A program made the translations under genes and the position numbers. A stretch of DNA of 54,965 nucleotides from Lenisia limosa (lineage: Eukaryota; Protista; Breviatea): NCBI GenBank assembly GCA_001655205.1, contig LPNZ01008506.1, positions 1 through 54,965 on the forward strand, in the 5' to 3' direction. The notes below the pieces were generated by a model, which did not search any database, was not told the DNA's origin, and saw only the letters and a program-made list of their open reading frames with translations. Shown here piece by piece: positions 1 to 13,812 of this stretch (positions are counted from its first letter, which is position 1; each line of letters starts with the position of its first letter).

Positions 1-585
1 CATGCTGACGCGAATAGGCGACAGAAGTATCGCAGTTGAGAGAGCAGCTTTCACGGCGAGTTACCAACCTGCCCACTGACGAGTGAACGTAGGTGTTGGA
101 TTTGAGGGGTTATTTAATCTCTACTAAGGTTCTAATTATGTCGTTATTATTGTAGAGTTGACGCTGAGCTTAAGAGAACTTGGGGCCCTCTTTGAATAAG
201 ATCTTTCTTGCTTGTGTTATTCTTTCTTTCGATCTTTCTTTCTTTATTTCTTTATTTATTTAAGGTAGTGGTTCGTCTTTATAGGTCCGTTGTATTATAG
301 TGTAAATGCTATGTCTAACCAAGTGTACAAGAGTGGTTGTAAGGCTTTTGGCGTTGAGCTAGACAATTATCAATATGGAATCGTGGGTTTCATCAATGTA
401 TCGTGAGCGTGGGTGTTCTAAATATTCTTGTCATTATGCAATAAGCCAGAGATGAGTTATGACCCATTGATGGCATTGATAAACACCCGTCTCGATGAAA
501 TGAACACATACTCAAGCACAAAACATGAAAACAAGCCCCCAGTTCCCCTGTTGTTAGTTTCAATGTTTCAATCTGTGCGAAGAAC

Positions 586-719
586 AAGGGGCCTCCACTC
601 ATGAAAATTTTGTGAAAATTAGTATTTCACCAGTCAAATAGTGGTAGATGATGGAAACTCTTGTTGCCAGTTGTTTTATTTGTTTTTTCAAAAAAAAAAT
701 TCATGAGTGGAGGCCCCTT
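586..719. mobile_element. 134-bp MITE-like element (family A) with perfect 20-bp terminal inverted repeats
   Basis: AAGGGGCCTCCACTCATGAA at 586-605 and its exact reverse complement TTCATGAGTGGAGGCCCCTT at 700-719, with an AT-rich spacer. No clear TSD. Confidence 0.7.
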
Positions 720-971
720 AGCAAGAACGAAGATAGAATGATAGCCGTGATAGATAGATCAAAGCTGCCAAAAAGCTGCCACAAGCAGCAGCGGAGGAAT
801 TATTCTTGGTGCGTACCGGGAAAGCAAATTCCACGTGGTATCCTTTTTTGCCCCTCCGCCGTTATATTGTTTAAAAGTGCGAGTTGCAAAGTTTTTATTG
901 AACAGCCCAATTCACGTTAATTTAGCATTATTTGATTTTTCTAAGGAAACCTATTCGAAGAGAGAGCCTAA

Positions 972-3900
972 ATGCTTCACGTTAGTCGTGCTGGACGCAC
1001 CCAATCCGCTAAACGGCAACCTAAGAAGGCTGAGATCCCTAAACTTCAGGAATTTATTGAAAAGCATGACTTTCTCGGTGCAGTAACACTCCTTGAGGTG
1101 AGATCCTGGTCTCCTTTGTTGCCCTTCAAACCCCTTCCTTACCTCTTTAGTTCCAGATCAAGTCAGGAGAGGATACAAATGAGAATTATGAGTGGCTTGC
1201 CTACGCTTATTCCAAAACTGGCGACTACGTCAAGGCCCAGAGCGTTTGAGGGATATCACCTCTTCTGCTTGTTTTGTGAAGAAACATTCTAAAAGAACAA
1301 CACGTTATTCTTTCTGGGCTTCAAACACACATCTTAGTTGCATCTTAGTTGCATCTTAATTCCTCAGGCCTTAGACGTGTTGATCGGCAGGGGGGTGGAC
1401 AATCAGAACATCCGGTTCTACTGGGCGGTGTGTCTGCTTTACATGGGAGAGTTCGAGAAGGCAATAGAAGCCACTGCCAACCGTAAGCAATGGAGACTCT
1501 GTGCAGGGTTCTGTTAGGGCGGTATCTCAAGTCTTAACGTTGCTTGGTTTCTAATTAAAGGCTACTTTGTATCATAACTCTGACTTGGGCCTCTTTACTT
1601 TTGCAGTCCCCGAATCGAAGGAGCTCAACCGTTTGGAGTTCCATTTGGCTCATCGTCTTGCCGATGAGGATAAGCTTCTTGTCCACCATCAGCAGCTTGA
1701 CGATATTGAGGAGGACCAGGTGGGTGTCGGGGGCAAGAGCCGAGTTTATTACTGTTTTTTTATTATACTATAATCCAATACCTCTTATTAACGTGATGGT
1801 GTGGATGGCTTTGTCCAATACTCCCTTGTGTTTTTCTTATTTTTACGTACTATTATTTGCCGTGAGTGTCAAATGAGATCTCAGATCATATAGACTCAAC
1901 GGTTTTACAGAGAGTCTAGGCAGTACTGCCACTCAGCCTCTTATGTATTAGCTCTCGCTGTCCGCAGTGCACTATCTTCGCGGTCATTACCAGGAGGCTA
2001 TCGACGTCTACAAGCGACTTCTCAACGAAAGACCGTGGGCGGTACCTCGGATTGGAAATAATGGGCTTGTTATACTTGCAATGTTGCATAAAGCGAACAA
2101 TGATTTTGCGTCATTAGAACATGTCATATCATATGTGCCTCATCTATTGTCAACTGAGGCTAACTGTTACAGTGAATGGGTGGCACTAAACGTGTTTATT
2201 GCGCTTTGCTACTACAAGCTGGACTACTATGACGTTTCCCTCGAGGTTCTTCAGGAATACCTGCAACACTTCCCAGATTCAGCAGTCACGGTCAATCTCA
2301 AAGTGGGCATATCCCTGGATGGATAGTTTCTATTTCAATGGGAAGATTATCAGACATAGTATATATATATGTAGGGCTTGGCTTCCCTGCGGTCCGAAAA
2401 GACCAGTAAAATATAGATATTCATCAAGGATTATTGAGGAGTTCTTTTTTTTGAGGACCACATGGTATCCCACATATCATATGATATGATACTATGTACG
2501 TGTATATACATATGTATGTAATAGAGAATCACTTCACTAAGATAAACACCTCTCCCTATTTTGAAATGAGACAAACAATGGTTGCACTTGCAGGCACGTT
2601 CAAAAAGGATACTGGAAGAAAGAAAAACAAAAAAAAAAGAGAGAGAAGTAGCATGCTATCTAATAGTAATGATTCTTCAGTTACCCCCCAAATGGTTAAT
2701 CATTTGTTTTGTTTTATATATTTCCCCTTTTTAACCCCCCCCCAAGGCCTGCAACAACTTCCGGCTGTACAATGGTAAGAGTGCGGAGGACGAGTTGAAG
2801 CCTTTGAAGGAGCTGCTGGCCGGTAACCCAGCCACGTACGGTGCCGACCTCATCCGACACAACACAGTGGTGTTCCGATACGGCGACGGGGCATTACAGG
2901 TGTGTGGTGTGCGCTTGTTTGTTTATTTGCCCAAATGTCAGTATATTTAGCCGATATGGAGCCCTTTCTCAACGGTGATGTTTGAAGTAACATCTTATGT
3001 CCCTTTTCACCATCACAGACCCTCCCTCCCCTTGTCGATGCCATCCCCGAGGCCCGGCTGAACCTTGTCATCTTCCACTTGCGCACCGAGGATTACGACG
3101 CCGCCTACGACCTGGTCAAAGACATGGAGCCTTCCAACCCCCAGGTTAGTCTCGGACCGGTCGGATGAATTACCTGAGTTATCGAGTAACCCCCAATGAA
3201 CACCGATATTTGACCGCTCCCGGCACCCGGCGACAGCTGAACCGCTTGGGCTTCACTTCGGTTCGAATTGCTGTAATAAATCGATATTGTTTGTTTATCG
3301 AGAAATTCAGTCTTTTTTTGAACCGAAGGAAGCCCTATTAACTGCCCTTGGTATCTGTTGGTGACAGCTTAGGAGTACATTATTAAGGGAGTCGTGAACC
3401 TCTGCATGGGATACCACGCTGAAAACGGCACTGAATTCCTCAAACAAGCCCAAAACTATCTTCACCTTGTCGGCACATCAGGTGAGGGGGAGGGGTGCGT
3501 ATTATTACCTGGGATCAGAGATCAGCAGAGTTAATATTATACCAATATCTCTTATAAGCGTGATGGTTTAGACGGCTTCGGTCAGATACAACCTTATTTT
3601 TTATTTCTCATTGCTATATATTACTCACCCATTAGCATCGGAGTGCGACACTATCCCGGGCCGGCAATGTATGGCTGCCTGCTTTTTCCTCCTCAAAAAG
3701 TTCGATGACGTCATGGTCTATCTCAATAGCATCCAGGTGGGGCTTTCCTTGCTATCATGATGATTCCATGAGATAGAAAATCGTATATTGCTCTGCTGCC
3801 TCTCGATCCTTACCCGAACATTTGCCCTCACGCATTAGTCATACGTGCCGACCGATGATGACTTCCTTTGGAACCTGGGAATGGTCAAGTCGCAACTCGG

Positions 3901-5131
3901 CGAGTTCGAAGACGCCCTTGAGAGCCTCACAACAATCACCACTGAATCACTAAAGGTTCGATAATTGACAGGGTCATATCAAACATCGTATCCATGAGCG
4001 CATCAACTATATTTAAAGCATGTTATTTTGACAATAAAAATAGATTTATTTCTTCTTGACTACTTAGAATGAGTTTTCGTATCAGGCCATAATGACGAGA
4101 TGCCGTAAGCTGGATGGTGGTTATCTTATCATTTGCCCCAATTCATATACCCATTTACCTTTGTATGTTGCTAGCCAACAAAGTTGATTTTGGTTTTTTT
4201 TTTTGTTTGTTAAATTTTCAATTTTCCATCGAAACTTCCTTCGTTTTACTNNNNNNNNNNNNNNNNNNNNNNNNNNNNNNNNNNNNNNNNNNNNNNNNNN
4301 NNNNNNNNNNNNNNNNNNNNNNCCTGTACTTGGGCATGTCCAACAGCCAAGATGCCTACGCCATCCTGCAGATCATCGCCAATGACTGCTATGAAGTAAG
4401 CCCCCTTCCCCCAATAAACCTTCAGTCTCACTATGACTCCATGAAACCGAACAAAAAGAACAACTGCTATTCTTTTTCATACTGCGTAACATGGCTTGTT
4501 TTCATACTGCGTGCGTGACATGGCTTGTTGTTTTTTCTTTGAGTTGACACCGCAGATGGGTGCGTTCTATTATTCGGCCAAGGCCTTTGACGTGATAGAG
4601 AGATTGGACCCCTCTAATGAGTGCTGGGAAGGCAAACGAGGTGNNNNNNNNNNNNNNNNNNNNNNNNNNNNNNNNNNNNNNNNNNNNNNNNNNNNNNNNN
4701 NNNNNNNNNNNNNNNTTATCGAGAAATTCAGTCTTTGTTTGAACCGAAGCTAAAGTAGTAATGATGGTGATAGCACATCGTATTTGATAGACCCAACCTG
4801 CATTCAATTTTTTTTTTTTTTTAATAGCCACTGGCATATCATATGATATGGATCATATGTTGTTGTCAGCCCTCCGACCGCCGTATACAGCTTTGTCTCA
4901 TGCCTTAGGGAGTATTCCAGCAAATTGTCGCCAAACAAGAGCCGGAGGAGTCCTTACCCGCCATCATCGCGCTGCTACGCAACACAAATAACCCCCAGGT
5001 AAGCCCATATTGAACAGTTTGATATGGCAGCAAAGGAGACTCTTGCAAGCGTTCTGCAACTCACCCTGTAGGTTGAGTATATCGTGAAAGTCATGCAGAA
5101 GTGGGCTCAGAACAATGGCATTGAGATTTAG
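972..5131 (+). CDS. IFT56: Intraflagellar transport protein 56 (TTC26/DYF-13), TPR protein, about 16 exons
   Basis: Spliced peptides match the TTC26 family: [155 protein letters not shown]. Stop TAG at 5129-5131. Parts of two exons fall in N-gaps. Confidence 0.97.
1761..1845 (+). repeat. Dispersed ~100-bp repeat (family E, SINE-like), degenerate copy 1, in an IFT56 intron
   Basis: TATTATACTATAATCCAATACCTCTTATTAACGTGATGGTGTGGATGGCTT resembles the copies at 3530, 30820, 35523 and 54894. Confidence 0.7.
3248..3335. mobile_element. 88-bp MITE-like element (family B) in an IFT56 intron
   Basis: Imperfect TIRs GGGCTTCACTTCGGTTC ... GAACCGAAGGAAGCCC. Its internal TTATCGAGAAATTCAGTCTT is shared with 4716-4750 and, in reverse, with 41280-41375. 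Confidence 0.8.
3530..3622 (+). repeat. Family E repeat, copy 2, in an IFT56 intron
   Basis: TTAATATTATACCAATATCTCTTATAAGCGTGATGGTTTAGACGGCTTCGGTCAGATACAACCTTATTTTTTATTTCTCATTGCTATAT aligns with the other copies. Confidence 0.8.
4716..4750. mobile_element. Partial family B MITE; left part lies in the N-gap
   Basis: TTATCGAGAAATTCAGTCTTTGTTTGAACCGAAG is nearly identical to 3295-3328. Confidence 0.65.
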
Positions 5132-5273
5132 TAGTTTTAATTGTTTCAGTTTCTTATTTTATTTACTATGTACATTAATTGTATTTTGAAGACGCCGTGA
5201 CAACTTTCCTCATTAGTGGTAGTGGTACAACATCATACATAACCTAGCCACGCAACACCGTGGCGATAAATAG

Positions 5274-8200
5274 CTAGCCCGCCCAAGTCGGCTTCCAGTT
5301 CTTGGCTGTGACAGGCTTCAAAAGGGTGACCTGGTGGGTTAGAGGAATGTAAGGAAAGGTCACGTGAATGAAGATTGGGAAGCGTTCCACATGAGGCCAC
5401 AAAAAGACAAAAAGGTTTTATTAGTATGAGGAGACCAACCCCCTCCCCACCTGGTTTTCATTTTTGAACTTGACCCCCTTGGAAGCCGGAAGGGATTTGC
5501 TCAGATCTATGATCTCAACGTGGTCGTCGGTATTGAGGTGCGCAGATGCGCGGCGTGGCTTCAAGAGGGCTTGTCTTGCAGTGACCTTGCCTCGAAAACT
5601 CGACGCTAACCCTGCTTCTCTGGGGGTGGGGGGTTACACCAGTAAACAGGAAATAATATGATACTGTAAAACAAGTTCGTAATGTACTGAGAATAAGCTC
5701 CACTATGAAATACCACAGAAGCAAAAGACAGCCGATATTACCTTTGTGGGAGGGACGGAATGTTGCTTGAAGGCCCAAGGTAGTTGCCAAAAACCTCGTC
5801 AAGCGACACCGTGACACGTGGGTCTTTGAGGGCTGGTCGGGGGACAAGACCCTCGAACTGTCCCGATGACGCGCTCGACATCAGCGCCTGGCAGATGAAA
5901 CAGATGGGAAATGAAGAATGTGCCATTGATACCACTCTATGTATTTCGGATGGAAACAAGATGATACAGTATATATTATGTACATAATATGATATATCAT
6001 ATATATATGAAATGAAATAGAAAAAATCATATATATATTACTATATCATATCATATGTCTATGCATGCATATCATATACAGTGTATATTACACACTTGCT
6101 CAATGTCAATACTATGCCAGAAATAATAATGTACCTGGGGTGTACGAGGGCGTTGTTTCGTGAGCATGTGCCACGTGTCCGAATTAAAAGATGACCCAAA
6201 GCTTTCGGCGGTCCCGGGCCTTTCTTGACTTTCTTTACCTAAACAGAAAAGTTATTCACAGCGGGGAAATAGCGACTAGATAATCAAAAATCAGTCTTTT
6301 GACCATAGTTGTACAACACCTAGGGCTTCATACCTGAATACAAGTTGCCTAATGCGGAAGAGCTCTGCGGGCGTGTAGATGAGGCGGAAAACGACATATT
6401 TGGTTGGACCATTGCCGCTAATAGTCGTGGCCCTGCTCCTGGATAGTGAGCTTGGGGCTTCGGTCGGATATGACCGGAAAAACGATATTTATGAGGAACA
6501 TTTAAAAGGCTTCTGGTACGCCAATAACGATGGGCAGACCTAAGCGCGGATGTGACGTGCTGAGGTCGGCGTTTTGTGTCACTGTTGGTCAAAAGAGAAG
6601 GAACATGTCAGAACTCATACCTCCGATTCTCTTTCGAATAAAGGTGTCAAGTCTGGGGGTCCAAGCCCGTTGCACTTTTGGCTCGGCTGGAGCTGAGGGG
6701 TCAGAAACACAGTCAAGGGGCTCAGAGCAAATCCCTATGTTCTTTTTCTGATAACGGATTTTGCTCATATTAATGTGAATATCTGGGGTATTCAAGAAAA
6801 TCAAGGTGAAAAACAACCTACATTTGGGTCTGAGTGGAGGCCTTGGTCTTCTTTTCGGCTCACTTTCCTACAGGGGTAATTAATATCCTTCAAATGGGAA
6901 GGTGATTATGTTAATAGAAGCCCTATGTATTTTGCTGTACACCCAAATGTTATCCTTTTGTTATTACGAAAAGCAATTTAAGTCAACGTTCATACACAGG
7001 GTTCAGGCTCCTTGTTGATTGCCTTGACAGCTTTGGACCATCGTTTTCGCGCCTCCGTGGCGTCTTCAGAGAGGTCCTCTTGCGATGACTGTTTGACCTT
7101 TTCTCGCACCTGGAATGTCAAAGACACGCCACCATTTTAGCCATTGTTAATTGTTGCATTGGTAATATGAAGGAATAAGGAAAAATAAGGTTTGTCAGTC
7201 CTCACTATCATGAGTCCTACAAACTTTCTTCGTGACCCCCCCCCCCCNNNNNNNNNNNNNNNNNNNNNNNNNNNNNNNNNNNNNNNNNNNNNNNNNNNNN
7301 NNNNNNNNNNNNNNNNNNNNNNNNNNNNNNNNNNNNNNNNNNNTGCAGTCCGGAGCCGTATTCCTGCAAAGTTAGGCGTTAGCATCACAATATCCGAATT
7401 CTACCATGAACTCTCAAGAACCGTATTGCTAAATCATGAGCAAAAAGCAAGATCGCTTGTTTTTGGAGTTTCAGATTATTCAGTTCGTGATTTGTACCTT
7501 TACGCCATTATTCTTCATCGAAATTTCCTTCGTTTTACCCCCCCCCCCCANNNNNNNNNNNNNNNNNNNNNNNNNNNNNNNNNNNNNNNNNNNNNNNNNN
7601 NNNNNNNNNNNGCAGCCTCCTTTTCTTCTTCCATTTCTTGCGGGGTTGCGGGCGTGCTGAAGAGTCATAAACAAGGACGCTTGAAATGATAATTTACAGG
7701 GGGAAAGTTGTACCAGTTGTACCACGACTCTCACATAACGCTAACAATACAACGTGTTTTTGGTCTCGGAACCCCCGCACACCTGTCATGGACGGACCGA
7801 GCAGTTGGCGGACCCGAAGTAGACATCGGCGATTCAGACTCGAAAGCAGTGACCACTTCCGCCTCAGACAGCTGCGACCTAATTCTTCGTCAATTCTGTT
7901 TGAAACAGTGTCAAATTGCAGGCTCCAATTGCGATAATGATTTAAAAATGTCAACCTTCTAAGAAGCTCTGTGAAGTCGAGTTTTGACAGAGACGGCGCT
8001 TTCGGTCGCTCCGGTCCGGACCGTGGTTCCTCCGGGGTGCCACTTCGCGAATGGGTTGGGGTCACTGCTGGGGCTACGGGGTAACTTTGAATATATATCA
8101 TACAGTATAGTATATATATACTGTATTTTATGTACACATATGATATATAAAAAGGTTATATCATAGAGAGAGAGAGAGATGAGAAATAAAAAGGTGATTT

Positions 8201-11200
8201 TTTTATCATATAATATATTATATGATATAATGCTTCATCCCTCCTGAACAGTGAGATGAAAAGCACTCTTTACGCTGTTGAGCGGACCTGTGATGATGGG
8301 TACGTAGTTCGCAAGGCCCTTCTGTACGTACTGCTCCATTGCCACAACCTGGTCCTCCTCAATCGCGCGTCGACGTAGCGCCTCAAGTCGCGCCTTTTCT
8401 CGAACCTGCGTCGTCAGTTGATTGGCAAGCAAAGCTGAACAATAGTCGAAAACAATAATCTCGATTTTCATGCCTGTGAAAACTGTAGCTGGTTGTTACC
8501 TACAGTAGCTTAACTTGCACTCCTCTTTGCCTCACCTGTACAGCGGCGGTGTAGAGTTTGTCCGAAGCAGATAANNNNNNNNNNNNNNNNNNNNNNNNNN
8601 NNNNNNNNNNNNNNNNNNNNNNNNNNNNNNNNNNNNNNNNNNNNNNNNNNNNNNNNNNNNNNNNNNNNNNNNNNNNNNNNNNNNNNNNNNNNNNNNNNNN
8701 NNNNNNNNNNNNNNNNNNNNNNNNNNNNNNNNNNNNNNNNNNNNNNNNNNNNNNNNNNNNAAAAGACCACCTACATTCATCTTGTTTTGGGAAACGCCAG
8801 CGCCAAGTATGGCGGCAGCGCGTAATGCTGCAGTTGTGGATCTCCATCTGTCAAGTCAAATTACTGGGAGTACCACAATAGAGACAACACCACAACTCAC
8901 CGCCTTGACGCCCTATTGGTCCGTTTGTCTTCCGGCGGCGGTAGCGGCTGTTTCTCACTGGAGGAGGGGTCCGACTCTGTTTAAATCAGAACTGCTTTTT
9001 ATGTTAAAAATACATGATATCTGATCCAATCAACAGGAATAGGAACTAAATGTTATCCTATGTCACCTTTTTGAGGGCTATTTGGCTCGGCCTGTTCAGT
9101 AATGTTAGTGAGGATGCCTTGTTTTGACCCGAAAGCTGCGGCTGAGGGTTTGCTCGGAGGGTGGGTGAAACGCTCCTTCATTCGTTCGTTCTTTTGGTCG
9201 ATTTTTGGCATCGCAGTAGGGGTTGGAAGCGATGCCTGAAAAGTGAAACCTTTTTACTTGGAAGAACCCAGTGTGATTCATGTTTTTTTATCGGGGTTTT
9301 ATTGAAGGCTTCAGTCTTTTATTATGCTTCTTTTATTTGTCACTCCTAGTCATCATCGATATTTCCTATTACCCCCCCCCCCACAGGAGCCTCCAGAGCG
9401 AGGGCCGCCAGGCGGGTATCCGCAGCAGAGAACAGTCCCATGCTTGGTGGCGGCTACTGCGGTTAGTGCGACTGGAATAACGGGGCTTCGCCTCGGTAGA
9501 AAAAAGGGCAAAGTTGTCAAGAATATGCTTGTTGATAAATATCGTTATGATACCAGTTTTTAAAACACGTGAATTGCTCTTACCTGCTCAACAGGTTTAG
9601 CTTGCCGCTTTGGTAACCTACAACATGAGTACAAAGATAAGCGCCTCACAAGTCTAAGTCTAATCGTGTGTACAATGCTTGCCAACAGATACAGACACCC
9701 CCCCCTCCGACTTCAGAGCAAGGTGTATGAATGAAATGAGATCCAAATGATCCAACGGAGGCTCATCTAAGACGCGGCCGCACATCTGAAGGGTCAAACT
9801 CCTGGGTCTGAGAACTAAAAAGAGTTTCACAACATAAGGCAGGTGCAATAATGATACCCCCTCTCTCTCAGAGATGCCAGTAGACGGCAGATAAGTTCCA
9901 AAATACACCTTCCCCACCAGGAAAGCACGGGCAGCAAATTCAGGCGCGACTCCAGCGTCTTCGAACGGCTCAAAAACACGCTGAAAAAATGACATCGGGT
10001 AGGATTATATGGTGAGATGATATCAAACTATATGTAGTATGTATATATCATACGATGTGATGGGTCAAGGTTACTTCTTCAGTAAATACTAATACTATCA
10101 CTTAGATATTATGAGGAAATGAGAAATACTAAAAAGCTATGCATCTAGATAAGGACGCAACACCACCAGAAAAAAGAATATGAATAAAGTATAACATTAG
10201 AATTTGGGTCACATTTTTGTGAAAGCTTTTGACAATCAAAAGACAGAGCCACTTACATAGGCAATTCGGAACTCTCGTATCTCAGAAAACCTAGAGGGAA
10301 TGTGAAATTCGACACAAAAAAAAAACAACAAGAAAACAGAACCAAAAGGACAGATCAGACCCGAGTCAGCTACTGTAAGGATTTAAAGATTCAAGAAACA
10401 CAGCCAGAATGCCCACGATGCTTGACTTAGGGCAACAAGGTCTAGGACTGACTCGATCTGATACACCTTCGTCACCATTCGGGCGTTAATGTCACAGTTC
10501 CTGAAGTGTTATTGATAAAAAGTGTCCACCATTACTTTCCTCTGAATATTTCTGTATATGCGCCCCTTGTATCGATGTGCGTTATTATTTATTGGCTGAA
10601 AAGTCTCTAATGATAAATGGGACAAAAGAAATTCTATCAGGTGTAATTCTCGGAAACTCTCAAAAAATCGCACAACGTAACATGTAGGTTCACAAGGATC
10701 CGCGGTTGCTTACGGCTTGAAAGCAAGCAGATGCTTGACGGTGGACTGTGACCATAAAGAAGCGAGACGCTCAATATCAATGGGACTAAAGGGTGAAGAA
10801 AATGCACAGAGGGCTCAGAGTGTATACATGCGTTTCTCTCACGTTGACATTGGGAGCATGTTGTTTTTCTTTTTGCCACTTCCGCCTCTCCTAATCGATG
10901 AAAAGAAATAACAAGCTGAGTTTTTCATTAGATGATACTGAAGTGAATGTCAGTCAACAAATTGAGTAGTATCACAAGCACCCCCATACGGTCTTCGAGC
11001 TTTGAGAACAGGGTCCTGGAGTGCCTCAATCTAGGAGGTCAGTAATAGAATGTTTCTCCAATCTAAAAAACAAAACAAATAGAACTTCACAACAAAATAT
11101 TTGACAGAATATTTTACAAACCCCTGTCAATATCGAAGAACTTATATCCTCTTCAGTCCTACAGGGATTGGGGACGGAGTTGGCTCCAGGCCGGGGGACA

Positions 11201-12235
11201 GTGACCCTGTTGATAACGTGTTTTGCATAATGGGACTAAACACGTCATGAGCCTCCGTCTTGATCATGAGATCCTCGGCCGCTGTTGGAAGGTCCGGGGT
11301 GGAGGTAGTCATGTCAGAACTGCGTGTTAAATGGTAATTTGATTTATGCTAACCCAGGTATTGTTATTTAAATTATTTTCTTGCTTTCAAACAATAACAA
11401 CTGTGTACAAAGGTGAAGCTCGGCCTCACTTATGCGACACATTGGACATTGTAGGTGACGGAGATGACGTGGCTTCCGGGATGGTGTCGGTACTGATGAT
11501 TGTCGGCGTTGCCATCTGCTTCGGCGGCAGCATCTGCAGTCGTCAGAACATCTTCATTTCAAATATCGATGTTAATAAAGTCTGAGAACCCTGGCATACC
11601 ATAGACCCAGCCCTGTTCCGTGTTGGTGATGCGGCAACCGGCTTGGTGAACGAACCTCTTCTACTGCCGTCAGTATCAAATTGGGGAGGGGGTTATAACA
11701 TCCGGATTAAAACCCCAGGGATAAATCAAGTTGATGAAAGCAACCACTACATGATTGACGTAAGGATTCCTCGCCTTTCCATCAACTTTGCATTAGTGGG
11801 AACACCTACCTGGCCATTGGCGAAGCCGGGCTGAAGTCAGCCATAAGGCCCTCAAGGGGTGTTGGCGGGTTGCTCGACGGGCCCCTCTTTCGTACCCCCA
11901 GGTCGAAGCTGAAGCCCCGCGTGAGCTGCGGTGCATCACTTCGTCCTGCTTGCATAACAATCCTGATCACAAGAGTTTGCCTATACTCCAGTGATACTGA
12001 AACAAACGTGCCAAATCCAGCTTACGTCTATTGGGAAGGTCAGTTCCTCTGTATTCCTTGTCACCAACTCCAATGCTCCGAAGGTGGGCATGGGTGAGTT
12101 CAGGGAACTAAAAACTGTCACAATTAGAGAGAAAACTTACACCAAGAGCCAGCAACGCCTGATTTAGATCATGCCTAGACATTAATTAGAGAGAGGTGGA
12201 AAGAAGACGCCTTACCAGTCGAGTTCTTTCTCCAT
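5274..12235 (-). CDS. Large multi-exon hypothetical protein (may be more than one gene)
   Basis: A run of GT-AG bounded open exons on the minus strand: MEKELDW|HDLNQALLALG|FPELTHAHLRSIG..., PIDIERLASLWSQSTVKHLLAFK, RVFEPFEDAGVAPEFAARAFL, QVREKARLEALRRRAIEEDQ, LDFTELLRRLTFLNHYRNWSLQF, ...KGVKFKNENQ|VTLLKPVTAKNWKPTWAG*. No family recognised. Three N-gaps interrupt it. Confidence 0.55.
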
Positions 12236-12566
12236 TTTAAAAAAAGTTGAAGAACTTTCCCACTTTAGTTATGATTTGGGATACATTTTAGCTGTATTAA
12301 TAGTTTCACCTGATCAAAACTGTGTTTTATTCAATCCTGAGTTCACAACAAAGAACAAAGCGTAGATACTATTAAAAATGTCAATAATTTAATTGACTAT
12401 TAAAAAATATATTATTAACCGCAAGGTTTTTGAATAAAGAGCGATTTAAACTCAAAATATGATGAAATGACAATTACGAAATTAATTTTTAATGAACTGA
12501 ACTGACACTTTGTTCCTGGTTTTTGTGAACAAATTTTCGTGGTTATCTCAATCAACTAGTTTCAAT

Positions 12567-13636
<1,070 letters not shown>

Positions 13637-13812
13637 GCTTATTTATTTGCATTTTTGTGTTGTATGTTCTTTATATCTGACTCCGGGTATACTCCCTTTT
13701 TTCTTGATACACGAGTTGGCTTGACGCCTTTTCATTTGGTTGTTTCAAGGGGATGGGACCATGTTGAAATGGCAAGAAACATAAATCAAAATTGACACTA
13801 GAAACCATAACA

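Noticed and set aside
1-100. Coding exon at the window start
   Set aside because: Short open frames exist on both strands but are too little sequence to assign strand or product.
393-602. 69-aa minus-strand ORF as a gene
   Set aside because: Its ATG and first codons come from the family A inverted repeat, and it has no recognisable protein features.
5960-6090. ATATCAT/ATATGAT-rich tracts (also about 2470-2520, 8090-8230, 10010-10060, 18820-18900) as a structured element
   Set aside because: Low-complexity AT microsatellite-like intron sequence with no defined unit, termini or TSD.
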